A stretch of 63,346 bases of DNA, the filler included, from Stramenopiles sp. TOSAG23-6 (Eukaryota), in the NCBI GenBank assembly GCA_900128565.1. It is 20 parts of 20 records of this genome, joined end to end, with 100 filler letters (N's around TTAATTAATTAA, not from the genome) between each part and the next. Parts side by side here need not be neighbours in the genome. Positions count along the whole stretch, not along the records: positions 35,012 to 38,078 come from LT637666.1; positions 38,179 to 41,244 come from LT637667.1; positions 41,345 to 44,410 come from LT637668.1; positions 44,511 to 47,568 come from LT637669.1; positions 47,669 to 50,725 come from LT637670.1; 15 more parts are not named here. One strand, written 5' to 3'. The first letter of the stretch is position 1; each line of letters begins with the position of its first letter. This document shows, piece by piece, positions 35,655 to 47,783 of this stretch. Below the pieces are notes generated by a model. It saw only the letters and a program-made list of their open reading frames with translations. It was not told where the DNA came from and ran no database searches. The position numbers and the translations under genes were made by a program.

Positions 35655-36659
35655 CATACATGAACCACGGATGTGTTCTTTTAATTGGTCATGTTGACGT
35701 TGATGGTCACTTAAAACTTTTTCATGATTTCCAAAAGATGTATGTAAACCTCGTATCTTTGGCTCCAATTGTTCTTGGTATGTATTTTGGAAAAATATTT
35801 CAAAATTTTTTTACCGAAAAAAAAAAAAATGTTAGGTACAAAATTTTCTACCAAAAAACGAAAAAAAAAAAATTATTCAAAAAAAAAAAAAAAAAACATA
35901 CATTGGCGTTGTATTCGTGCATGATCCTCAAATTGACCTTGAATGTGGTCTACGAGGGTATCATGAGCAGTTTTGTGTTCCTGTACTGTTTATGAAATAT
36001 TTTGTTACAATTTGTTACAATTTGTTACAATTTGTTACAATTTGTAGAAATACTCTTTTTCAAAAAAAAAAAAAAAAAAAATCTTAGGTACAAAATTTCG
36101 TATGAAAAAAAAAACGTACATTTAATGTGGTCTGAAAGCCATAGATACTTTCATCAGCCTTCCGATGAGCGCCTTCCATTTTTAAATCTATCTCACCCCA
36201 ATTTTGATCATACTTTTGAAACCTAGAATCAACTCTTCCAACAAATTCTTCATGATTTAGTTTATGCCTTTCTGTTGCTTCTTCCAAAGCTTCAACTGCC
36301 TTCATTGCATTTTGAGATTCAGTATCTATTCTTGAGTTATACTTCCGCTCGTGCTCGAGTATCGTTTTATCAACCAAATGCTGATGATCTTCAAATATTC
36401 TTGCATGTTGAGCTGCAATTTTAGTTTCAGACATTCCCATTTTACGTTCAAGATTTTCAAGACCTTTTGTAATTTCTCTTGTGACGCGATCGAAACTGTC
36501 TTCGATAATGACACGGTTTTTTTCTTCTTCAATGAGTCGTAATTCGATCTCCCTTGTTTTATCTTCAACCAATTTAAATTTTGCATCTAAAATATCAGAT
36601 GCAGTTGTAAAGGCACCACCTGCAGTCAATTCACCACTACTCACTGGTGAAATATTCAT
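35094..36659 (-). CDS. Coiled-coil hypothetical protein with 5 exons, 3'-partial
   Basis: Introns 35981-36119 (AG) and 35780-35901, 35526-35659, 35187-35313 (all AT) give one continuous frame. Confidence 0.7.
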
Positions 36660-37017
36660 GATGTATTTTAATGTACAATACAAAGATTATTAATCTGAAT
36701 GAATAGATTTGTTATTGTATTTTATTAGTAAAGGGAAGATACGAAAAAAAAAAAAAAAAAAAAAAACCGACGACCGTTACTTTTTCTTGAGCTTGGAAAA
36801 AAAGCCGATTTTTCGTGTTTTTCGAGATAAATTAAATTGATTGGTGCCCAACAACAACAACAAATCTCTCAAATCGAAAAATGTTGACATTGTTGTTGTT
36901 GGGAATTTTCTTTTCCGATTTTAAAACAACGAGTTTTTCTTTTTCTACTTGAATGGATGACACAATTATAAAATCATTGGTTTTGATTTTTTTTTTTAAT
37001 CACTAGGAATATTGTAC

Positions 37018-37966
37018 ATGCGGGGGCCACTGGATGTTTGGCATACACCAAACTCATCTGGTAGTCCTTCAAAATCAGATTGTTCTACGTCAAACTTAAA
37101 CGATGAAGAGTGTGACTTTCTTTCGTTGCCACGGCAAAAGTTTTTTCCATTTCGATACAACTTGACAGGCGCTGACGCAGATATTGTGTATTCATTGATG
37201 CGTATTCCACATTCTATTGATTTAGAAGGGCTCATTCGGTCATGCTCAGCAAAACTTTCAGAAGGTGTCATTACGCGAGTGGAATACGAGGATATATTAA
37301 TGAATACTCTAGCACTCTTTGAACATAATATTGAACACGAAATGCTTGAGAAGCCATTAGAAGATACATCATGGCGTTTTCTTCTCCCTAGAACAACTTT
37401 TGAAGCACAAAAAATAGAGTTAAAAAAAGAGAAACGCTTGAAAACACCATCAAATATATTCGTTCATTGCGCCATGGTTATTCAGGGTGATACTCAAAAT
37501 TTTATCGACACAGTACAAGGAAAAAACGGCCGACCTGCTCAAGAACAACTATTGTTTACAACGTTTTCCTCTGGAGGTACAACTACATTGAAGCCATCTG
37601 TTGAATGTTGGAAGGTTGGCTCGTCTCCATGTTCTAATTTATATCCAATTGTACCCGAACAGACTCCTCTATTTGCATTTCCCAGGGGAATTTCTTTAAC
37701 GACTCAACCAAAGCCAATAGAGTACAGATCATTTTATTTTAAAGCAATTCAATTATACGGACATTGTTATATTGGATATGCTCCATTACGAACAAACCTG
37801 TCTACTATAACACATCATTCTAAAATGAAATTTTTGAAGAACATGTCAAGAGAATCAACAGTACAATCACAACAAAATGAATTAGGGTTAGGGTTATTTG
37901 ATGATTTTATGAGTACTACGATATACGAACCATTTTGCTTTTGTATATTATCGAAAGGGCCAATAT
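37018..37966 (+). CDS. DENN-domain (uDENN/DENN start) protein, 3'-partial
   Basis: LFAFPRG, LYGHC and YEPFCFCILSK motifs, followed by an intron to the contig end. Confidence 0.6.
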
Positions 37967-38244
37967 GTGTGTTGTATTTTTTTTTTCAATTTTTTTTTTT
38001 TTTGATGTTTTTTTCATACGAAATTTTGTACCTAACAATTTTTTTTTTTTTGGTAAATTTTTAAATATTTTTCCAAAANNNNNNNNNNNNNNNNNNNNNN
38101 NNNNNNNNNNNNNNNNNNNNNNTTAATTAATTAANNNNNNNNNNNNNNNNNNNNNNNNNNNNNNNNNNNNNNNNNNNNTTCATACGAAATTTTGTACCTA
38201 ACAAATTTTAGTTTTTTTTTTTGAAATATTTTTTCAAAATACAT

Positions 38245-40625
38245 TTACAAAAAGAAATGATTGAGCAAAAACAAAAACTTACAATGGAACAAGATCGACG
38301 TCTAAAACTACTTGGTCGAAAAGCTGATGAAGAAAATGTGAGGGCCAATTTATATTGTAAATTGCGAGAAGAAGTTGAGGAAGAGTCAAAATGTATCGAA
38401 TTGATCGTTCACAACCAACGAAAAAAAATGGAGGAACAATCCTCAAAAATTGTCTCCCTTGAGATGAATGTCACACAACTTGAACATAATAAAACGAAAG
38501 AATTACATATTTGTGAAGAAAACTCCAAGACTTTAGAATCGTCTAAAAAAATGGTAAATCAGCAACATAGGGTGATTCAGAAAATGTTGTTCTCAAATCG
38601 CGAGCATAGCCAAAAGGAAAAAGCTCTTCAAAAAGAATTATTGGAAGAATTAGCTATTCAGAAAGATCTCAAGAGTGTTCGCGCTACGAACGAAAATATG
38701 GAACAGTCTTTGCAGAATATGGAGATGAAAATCTCTGAAGAAAATAGAGAAATTGAGACATTGAATAAAGCTTTATCACACTCAGAGAATTGTAATGTTG
38801 AAATGAAATCACAATCGAGCGAGATAATGAAAGAAATATCTCTCCTTCAATCTGAATTAAATGGATTAAAAGAAACGGAAATATCTCAAATTTTAATTTC
38901 ATCTGAAGCTGCATTGAAAACACAACAAAGTCAACAAAAAGCAGCAAAGAAAATATTTTTTCTTGAAAAGGAAATAGAAGTAGCTTCAATGCGTCATACA
39001 CACGAAATCAATGAATTTGAGATACGTTGTACAGATAAGGATAACAAATATGTAAAGGAACTGGAAATATTGAAGAGACAGTTAAATAATGCAAAACTTC
39101 GAAGTGGCTCCGAAAAAAAATTACGAGAAAAATTGAAAATCACTACTAAATCTTTACAACAAGAGACAGAAGCGTTGCAGTCGATGGAGCATTTTGTAAA
39201 TGAATCCAAAGAAATTGAATCTGTAATGCAAACAAATCTACAAAAAAAGATCCGTCGTCGAACGCGAGAGTTAAAATCTTGTCAATTTGATCTAATGAAT
39301 GCATATCGCTTGGAAGAGCAAAGTCTTGAATGTCACCGTGAATTAAATGCGGAAAATATTGCCAATAAAAACAAGTATCAAGAAGAATTATCTATGATAC
39401 GAAGTGACTTTGCACAGTCAAACGCTGAATGGCTAGAAAAAGAAAATGAATTTCAATTACGTAACAACGTCTACACAGAAGAGGTGACTTCTCTCACCCA
39501 TGAATTATATCACGAAATTACTACGTTTGAATCACAAAAGAAAAGAATTGTTGCGCAACATGAAAACGAGTTCATTCATATGGGTAAAACTTTTGAAGAT
39601 TCAATGAAGGAAAAAACAGAAACATACAAAGAGGAAATTAATTTTGAAAAAGAACAATTGCATAAGCAACAAATGTATTGGAGTGAGAACTTAAGTTCGC
39701 TCGAGTCAATCTATGAAAAAGAATTAAGTCAATATGATGAAGAAAAATCGAACCAAATTGAAAAATTAGTTCAATCGATGGAAGAAAATAAAATAGGTGT
39801 AATACAAGAGCAATCTGCTATGCAGTGTACACTGGCCAACTTGAAAAAAGCATTTGATTTATCTAAGAAACAGTTGGAAGATGTAGAAATTTTGGCAACA
39901 GAAAGATTATGCGCGATAGAAGATTTTGTGGAAAATAAAGAACATAATGAAATACAAAACGATGAGTGTAATATAAAGATAAAAACCTTGGAAGAAGAAA
40001 TAAAAAACGAAAAGAATAATTACGAATTTGAATTAAGTAATGCCTCTGTAGAATTTGATAAAAAAATAGCAGAAACTATTAAAGAGTATAACAGTAGAGA
40101 AGAATATTTGAAAGAAAGTAATATGAGTAATATTGTTACAATGGAACTCGATAGAAAAAATATATACGAGTTAGAGTTAAGTAATAGAGATCGATTTTAT
40201 GAGGAAGAACTGGAGTTACTGAAAGAAACTCATTGTTCCGAATTAGAAAAGCAACGCGAATTACGTACGTTTTCATCATGAATTTTAAATTTATTTTTGT
40301 TTGGTACGAAATCTTGTACTTTACAACTTTTTTTTTTTTTTGAGTTTTATTTTTTTTCCATACATCTTCATCATGAATTTTAATTTTTTTCGTAGTAAAT
40401 TTTGTACCTAATGATTTTCAAAATTATTTTTTTTCACAATACATGTGCATCACATATATCTGAAACGATGCAAATGATGGAAAAAAAACAACTCCAAAAG
40501 TTGAAATATCAACAAAAAAAGTTTGATGATGACTTTTCGTCGGAATTAAAGTGGCATCTAGATGAAGTTGATAAAAAATATACAATAGATATTTGTGACT
40601 TAAATACGAAACATAATAATATAAT
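38245..40625 (+). CDS. Long coiled-coil protein, internal exons (38245-40264, 40445-40625)
   Basis: E/K/Q-rich 686 aa ORF flanked by family introns. Confidence 0.7.
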
Positions 40626-40726
40626 GTATGTTTTATTTTTTTTCAAATTTGATTTTTGTTTCGTACGAAATGTTGTACCTAANANTTTTTTTTAGATTTT
40701 TTTTGAAATATTTTTTCAAAATACAT

Positions 40727-41126
40727 GAATATAGCAATGCAATTAAGAAAATGTTGTAATCATCCATTTTTAGTGAATGGTGCTGAAGATGCAGAAAAAT
40801 CACTTTTAAAAGATAAATTTGGAAAAAAAATTAATCGTGAATTAAACACAGATGAATTATGTGCGGCTTGTACGTTTTTTTTTTTTTTTTTTTTTTACAA
40901 AAAAATCGATTTTATTTTTCATACGAAATTTTGTACCTAACGATTTTTTTTTTTTTGAAACATATTTTTGAAAAATACATCTGGAAAACTTGTTTTAGTT
41001 GATAAATTATTACAACGTTTAAAACAACAAAATCATCGAGTTTTGATATTTTCACAAATGGTACGAATGTTGAATATTTTGGAAGATTATTTAAATGGAA
41101 GAGAATATTCCTTTGAACGAATTGAT
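40727..41126 (+). CDS. CHD-type SNF2 chromatin remodeler, helicase-C fragment; intron 40870-40980 (GT..AT)
   Basis: [49 protein letters not shown]. Confidence 0.88.
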
Positions 41127-41160
41127 GTACGTGTTTTGTATAAACATTTTGTACCTAAAC

Positions 41161-41191
<31 letters not shown>

Positions 41192-41351
41192 TTTTTTTTT
41201 TTTAAAAAAATTTTTTACCCAAAAAAAAAAAAAAAATTTAAAAANNNNNNNNNNNNNNNNNNNNNNNNNNNNNNNNNNNNNNNNNNNNTTAATTAATTAA
41301 NNNNNNNNNNNNNNNNNNNNNNNNNNNNNNNNNNNNNNNNNNNNTTTTTTT

Positions 41352-41375
41352 CAAGCAGAAGACGGCATACGAGAT
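41352..41375 (+). other. Illumina P7 adapter contamination
   Basis: Exact CAAGCAGAAGACGGCATACGAGAT at a contig start. Confidence 0.97.
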
Positions 41376-42085
41376 ACTTTTTGTTTTTGCCGTCGCACAC
41401 TCGCATTCTTTTCAACAGTGTGGCGGGCGTAAGTTGGGTATGTTACCTTAGCATAATGGGCCATAAGAGGGACCTTTAATTTACGCGGGGTTGGAAGTGA
41501 AACGCAGGTTGTGATATAAATAAATAAGAGACGGAAACATATCATATCATAATGATACATTAAATGAAATGATTTGGCAAACGCTGCGTAAGTCTTTCAG
41601 AGACTAGAGAGTACTTCTTTAAGTCAAGAAAATTGGCTGTTATTTAAGTAATTAAAATTAATGTACTGCGAACTGAATGTACTGCGAACTGAAAACTGAA
41701 AACTGAAATCTAGAGTGGAGTCCATGAACAATCCGAATCGGTATCTGGATTAGCAATGCTTGCAAATGAACCGTAATCAACTTCCTCAACCGATATCTCA
41801 CTCATAGGTGACTCAATCCTTGTGCGATTTTCCAAGCAGCGGCTTAATTGTTTTTGAGGTGCTCGTTGTCTGACTTGGAAATCGGTCAAGGGGTTTTTAT
41901 CTGTGTATTTTGTTTTTTTTTATACTAAAAACGCATAATTTTATAATTCATTTAAATTAAATGTTGTGGGTTCCATTTGCCCATACATTTCCAGGACGAC
42001 TCAATAATGGTACCACGGAAACAACTAATGTGCGAACACCTAGCATGAATCACAAATTCGAAGGCAAAATGTTCTGGAATCCAAA

Positions 42086-42682
42086 TTATACTTTGTCCAG
42101 GCCTGTGGGAGCACCTTCAGGCTCTTCCATGTTCATGCATTTTCCCGAAACATGGACTTCCCTCGCCGTTTGTACCAGCGCACAAACGGAGCAACAGACT
42201 GAAGCCAAGCAATCATTACACGTATCTGCGGGCATGTTCATCTTCACCCGAACATCCATTCGTGTCTTCATGAGAAATCCGAGATATATTATTGCAATGA
42301 TGCCCATAGGAGGACCCATAGTGTTCCCTAGAACAGTAACTTCGACAACATATTTTGCCAACGCTGGTGAGTTTGGGTTTGCATCGCCGTCCCAATTCTG
42401 CATAAACTCGCCATAGATAGCTTGAAACAAGATATTATAAATAACGACCAATATGACTTCTGCAACATACAATAGGATTAAAAACCCTAAAAATATTTTA
42501 AGGCGTTTAAACCAGATGTAGTTGCCTAGTTTTCCCCGCGTCTGCGCCATAACACATGGAGAGCAAAATGCTGCGTTTAGACAAAGCATTGGAGCGTCAA
42601 AGCAACTGCAAAGACCATTAGCCCAATTTACCTGGGCGGGCGCAACACCAGCAGGAGCCGCTGCACTGTTCGGGGCTTCCAT
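42086..42682 (-). CDS. PLAC8-family protein
   Basis: WANGLCSCFD...FCSPC and DCLASVCCSVCALVQTAREV. Confidence 0.85.
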   Translation of the reverse strand: MEAPNSAAAPAGVAPAQVNWANGLCSCFDAPMLCLNAAFCSPCVMAQTRGKLGNYIWFKRLKIFLGFLILLYVAEVILVVIYNILFQAIYGEFMQNWDGDANPNSPALAKYVVEVTVLGNTMGPPMGIIAIIYLGFLMKTRMDVRVKMNMPADTCNDCLASVCCSVCALVQTAREVHVSGKCMNMEEPEGAPTGLDKV

Positions 42683-43321
42683 GACCTAATAGTATAAAGT
42701 GCAATACTTACAAAATCACCAAAACAAATTTGGGCAGTGAAAAGGCCTCATTCGACAATTTCTCACGATTCAGTGACAATATATCTCGACTAAGTGTCTG
42801 AGGTACACACTTCTCTCCGAAGACGTCAATATACTCTCTCTCTCTCGTATGAGTAGCCAGTTATTAGTTATTAGTAGCCAGTGTGTATGTGTGCAATTTC
42901 CCCCTCTTTTTCTATTGTTGTTTTTTTCATTATTCTTCATGCATCATTTACACTCCTTCTTATATTTATTAGAGAGCTGACAACGAACGTTTGCCGAAAA
43001 CAGCCTTTTTGTACATACACACAGCATGGTTTATTTTCGACGAAATTACTAGTTTTATCCAAACAAACTTTATTTTGATGTAGTTTTCCTTAACTAAAAT
43101 TACACTGCACAAGAGTAAAATAAACGTAATACTATTTATATATATTATTTTTTGTAAGGACCGAAAAAGTGTTTGTTCTGAATCTAGAACAAACACGTTG
43201 AACAAACTTAAAAATTTTTTTAAAAAGAGTATTAAGGGATTTTACTACAAAATATAAAGGAAGATGAGGCAAAGACAAAGTCAACGACTTGAAACGTGAA
43301 ACCCACCCATGGTTAAATATG

Positions 43322-44029
43322 TTATAGAGGATCTTTTCTAAAGCAGCGTTTGCAAACGATAAATTTACCATCCGGGGTCATTACCCCATCATGGTTATTA
43401 CCTTCTCGCCCACATGGGTACTGTTGCTCCACCTGGTTCTGCATGGCCGCATTTGCTTTCATTTCAAGGTAGCGGTTCACAGCTTCCATTGGATTCTTGC
43501 GCTTCTTTTTGTGAACGTACGGTCGGCTTGTTTTGTCCCCTGAGGTCAAGAGCTCAAGGCCATATGGATCATCTTCTGGCGGTGTGTATGGCGATGGCAA
43601 CCACAAATCTCCTGGAGTGTTCGACGCAGTTGAAAATGGTGAAGATCCAGAGCCAGAACTCGTAATATCAGAGTTGGCGGCGAACTGTTGCTGCTTTTCA
43701 GCAATCTTTTTTGCAATGTTCACATCCCAAGGAATGGCGGCGTTTCCCGTGGGGGGTAGTTGGCGACAAAGCTTTCTGAACATTGCCCGACACTTCGGCA
43801 CGGCTAGTCCTGGGNNNNNNNNNNNNNNNNNNNNNNNNNNNNNCCTCGCACCCGCTTCCCCGGCAATAGCCTCAAAATTGCAATCGTAAAGGCGTAACAT
43901 TTCCCTTTTCAATTGTTGCCCTGTGCTTGATCTCCAGTCCATTGGTGCAGATGACGACGGCATGACTGTCTTCCCAATCTTCTTCTTCTTCTGTTTGGAC
44001 GGTGCTTTGTCTCTTGTTAATTTCGGCAT
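43322..44029 (-). CDS. Hypothetical protein, possibly with a SANT/Myb-like segment (gapped)
   Basis: ORF with W...L...Y..NF..IA...CR..F pattern; weak similarity. Confidence 0.4.
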   Translation of the reverse strand: MPKLTRDKAPSKQKKKKIGKTVMPSSSAPMDWRSSTGQQLKREMLRLYDCNFEAIAGEAGARXXXXXXXXXXPGLAVPKCRAMFRKLCRQLPPTGNAAIPWDVNIAKKIAEKQQQFAANSDITSSGSGSSPFSTASNTPGDLWLPSPYTPPEDDPYGLELLTSGDKTSRPYVHKKKRKNPMEAVNRYLEMKANAAMQNQVEQQYPCGREGNNHDGVMTPDGKFIVCKRCFRKDPL

Positions 44030-44510
44030 TGTTGTGCGTTGATTTGTTTCTTATTTTGTTTTGAACTTTGTCGCATTTATAAGCGAAAAAAAATATGTAA
44101 ACTTTAGATGTTTCATTTTGCAACCCATACAGTAGTAATAAAAATGTGAACACACTACTTTCACCATGCATGCAGTCGGTAAAAGTTTTCAACCACTACT
44201 ACTTTTTCTTCTTCTTCGTCTCTGTTTTTCTGGCCTATGGTGTTACGGTGTTACTGTATCTGTATAAAAATTGGAATAACAAAACTGGAACAAACAGTGC
44301 GTGATTTCATACGTTATAGGTGTAGATACATATAAGTATAAAAATAGTGTAATTATTTTGTGCAGGTGCGTGTCCACATAAAGCATGGGCATAACATAGG
44401 AAATTCCCAANNNNNNNNNNNNNNNNNNNNNNNNNNNNNNNNNNNNNNNNNNNNTTAATTAATTAANNNNNNNNNNNNNNNNNNNNNNNNNNNNNNNNNN
44501 NNNNNNNNNN

Positions 44511-44885
44511 CAATGGAGCAGAAAATGCAGTAGACATTGGATCTTCTTGAAGTCCATCTCCAGAACGAGATTGACAAGTAAAAATGCCAGTATCCAAAAG
44601 CAAAACATCATTGCCCACCGAAACAGCGGCACAATGAAGATGTACATCAGGATTCCAAACAACATGGGCAGGTGTTCCTTCACTAAATTCTTCAGTTTTC
44701 CATATTTTTGTACATCTTCCGGTATCAGTTTCCCAAAGTCGAACAGTTTTGTCCTCTGAAGCAGATAGAAGCCACTGACCAGATGGAGACACAGATATAG
44801 AACGAACACGACCATTGTGACCATCAAATGATAAATATTTACATTCGCTGGAAGGATAAGGTCTAAGTTCACTTGGATGAGTGGA
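44511..44885 (-). CDS. BOP1: Ribosome biogenesis WD40 protein BOP1/ERB1, internal fragment
   Basis: PSELRPYP...GHNGRVRSISVSPSGQWLLSASEDKTVRLWETDTGRC. Confidence 0.8.
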
Positions 44886-46048
44886 TTGGGGAAAAAGATG
44901 AAAAAATCCATTATCTTCAAGGTTCAGATAAACGGAGAAATATAAAGCTTGATAATGCAAATGAAATTATTGTAGCCACAAAAGCAAAACTTGAAGAACT
45001 TTTTCATCGACGCAGAAAGATGGAATTGGTAATTCCTACCGATTTAGTGTGGGCAAAAATAATATCAAAAAGTCTGAATATTTTTAACAAACTTGAAAAT
45101 ACTCTTAATCAAGTTCGAAAAGATTTCTTTTTATTATATGAATCTTATATTGGAATGGACATGTCAGCAGAAACTCATCAATTGAAGACAGTGACAGAGG
45201 AAAAAGTGTTGATGCTTAAATGGGATGCGGAGAATCCAGAAGAAATTGAAGAAGAAGAAGAACCTGATTTTGGTCCAGATATCAACCCTCGTGAAGATGC
45301 GTTAGCAGCAACAAAGAAAAAGATGAAGTTAACCGCGCCGCATCTAGACACTTCGAGTCTCGAGAACAATGAAGTTCTAGTAGACAACCCTGATTTTATT
45401 CCAGATGAACTATTAGGTCCCGAAGAAGATCCAGCTGACCCTGCTAGAGCACCAAAAATGATAATGGCAAACTTGTTACCTGAATACCAGATATTCATGA
45501 CGATGCTTGAGAAAACAGTTAGTAATCGTGAGAAAAAAAAACAAAAACGACAAAAGCAAATTGACTTGTGGAATGAGCGCGAGAAAATACGAAAAACCAA
45601 AGAAGCACAGGCAAAATTGGACAAAAAAAGAATAGAAGATACAGCAAAGATCGAGGATATGTACCAAAATCAACGTCTTACTCTAAAATGTTGGCTCAAT
45701 GAGGCCGTTCAACGGGCGATACGCGCAGAGCAACGCGCTAGAGCAGCTAGTGCACAACAATCCGCTGCAGCCCGCCGCCATATTTTGACTATAAAAAAAG
45801 AAATGGAAAAGATCCTTGAAAACGAGAGAAAACTTGAAAATGAATCAATGGACATTGAAGATATTTGCAGTTCAACTCTGTCAAAGTTAGATTTCGTAGA
45901 CAATGCACTACATTTTCCATTTGTACAACAAAATTTGGATTTAAAAATCCAAAAACTACGCCAAACACAGTCAACTATTTGTTTCGCTTCCACATTTAAT
46001 ACACGCAATACCACCTTCATTGCGCCAACCACACGCAGAGCACAATAA
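44873..46048 (+). CDS. Hypothetical coiled-coil protein, probably 5'-truncated
   Basis: 391 aa ORF without a convincing start, abutting the BOP1 fragment. Confidence 0.6.
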   Translation: MDEWIGEKDEKIHYLQGSDKRRNIKLDNANEIIVATKAKLEELFHRRRKMELVIPTDLVWAKIISKSLNIFNKLENTLNQVRKDFFLLYESYIGMDMSAETHQLKTVTEEKVLMLKWDAENPEEIEEEEEPDFGPDINPREDALAATKKKMKLTAPHLDTSSLENNEVLVDNPDFIPDELLGPEEDPADPARAPKMIMANLLPEYQIFMTMLEKTVSNREKKKQKRQKQIDLWNEREKIRKTKEAQAKLDKKRIEDTAKIEDMYQNQRLTLKCWLNEAVQRAIRAEQRARAASAQQSAAARRHILTIKKEMEKILENERKLENESMDIEDICSSTLSKLDFVDNALHFPFVQQNLDLKIQKLRQTQSTICFASTFNTRNTTFIAPTTRRAQ

Positions 46049-47568
46049 ATAGTTATATGGTCCAATAATTTTCAAAAGATTTGATGCAAGTTCGGCGTGT
46101 TTAGTACGCCCTTCAATAAGCATTATTAGTTGCTGCAAGCAAGTAGAAATGACATGTCTACAGCTTTGCGAATTATCAGATGTAATCCCAATCAAACACA
46201 TAATAGTCGCTTCAACAATATCCATATTATCATCAGATAGGAGCTTTGCAAAGTAACTCGTAGCGGTAGTTGAAACACGATCTTGATTTCGCTTATTATT
46301 GTAAACTACATTTCTTATAGCCCACAGGGAACGAAGTACAAGACCGGGATGTTGACTTTTATCAAGCATTCTTACCAATGAATCAATCCCTGAAAATTCC
46401 ATAATCTTATCTTGTGCGTTTTTTTTTCCAATCCAACTTTCATGTGCCAGCCCTTCAGCAGCTGCTTCTTGAAATGCTGGGTTGGGATCGCGAAGCATAT
46501 CTATTATCAATGGAATGGTTCCCTTGTCGCGTTTCAGTTCATTCAGCTCATATGCTTCCACCAGATCATCCAATATCGCCATTGTTTTCATTGTTGCCCG
46601 GCGAACCTTTTTACTTTGACTCACGTGTAACTTTGTAATAGCTTCTATGACTCCGGCGTCTAGAAGGACACGTTTTAGACCATCATGAACGGCCATATTA
46701 CCTAATGCCCAGACAGCAACCTCTTGTACATCTGGTGACGAATGCCTGCATAGACGAATTAATACATCTACTCCTCCAAGTTCTGCTATATATATTGCAT
46801 TACTATCGTCATGAGATGAGGTGCCAAGAATTCGCGCACAATTTCGAACTATATTTGCCTTGCTGTTGTTACCACAATACTTCAAGAGTTTGACAAATAT
46901 TTCACCACCACCAAAGTTGTTTTCTAACATTCTTCGCCGATTGCCTTCATGGAAGTACACCATATTGCCAAGTAATTGTAATGCATTTTCTTGAATTTTT
47001 TCATTACTTGATTGGCATAGTTTCAATATGGTCTTCATGTATTTTCCACACATATCTTGAGCTTCGGTGTTCCATACAAGATTACCTAGCGCCCAAAGTC
47101 CATTAACAACAACATTTACGACGCTATCATTGTTATCCACCAATATTAAAAGAGCCGGGACCCCCCCAGAATCAACCAACGCTTTCCTGACACCATTATG
47201 TAATGAAAGATTTCCCATAATTAGTCCAGCTTGTACCTGCACGGTTTCGTATCTAGAAGCACAAAGTAATATTATAGGTTGAACCCCAGCGTTTAACACG
47301 TGGTCTTCTAATGCTTGCTGTTGAAGACATGTTACATTTACAAGTAATTCGGAAATACTTGCTTGAAGTTCAGGGCAACTATTTGATATGTGACTTTTAC
47401 ATATTCGTATTCCTGCTTCAACACCCCCTGCTTCAAGAAATGCGATTCGGTTTTCAATGTTCTGATACAGAAGATTAATTAATGCAGCTGATACGCTCAA
47501 CAATACATCAATTTCTTCAGAAGTTATCAAAGCACTTGTTAAAGATTCAATTGCACCTTGGTTACCTG
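45971..47568 (-). CDS. Armadillo-repeat protein with C-terminal CxxC..CxxC zinc ribbon, 5'-partial
   Basis: Repeated GGV..L+.L / WALGN ARM units; ends with CSACG...CIKCG. Confidence 0.8.
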
Positions 47569-47668
47569 NNNNNNNNNNNNNNNNNNNNNNNNNNNNNNNN
47601 NNNNNNNNNNNNTTAATTAATTAANNNNNNNNNNNNNNNNNNNNNNNNNNNNNNNNNNNNNNNNNNNN

Positions 47669-47704
<36 letters not shown>

Positions 47705-47783
47705 AAAAAAATTTTTTTTACATTTGTAAAAAAATCTCAAAAAAAAATTTCAAAATAAAATTCATACTATAATAAAAACAAAC

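Noticed and set aside
41351-41560. 69 aa minus-strand ORF
   Set aside because: Its 3' end is Illumina adapter sequence and it has no other support.
44860-44900. Head-to-head fusion of a BOP1 fragment with an unrelated ORF as a real rearrangement
   Set aside because: Both genes are cut mid-CDS with no promoter or splice signal, which is typical of an amplification or assembly chimera. Unverified without reads.
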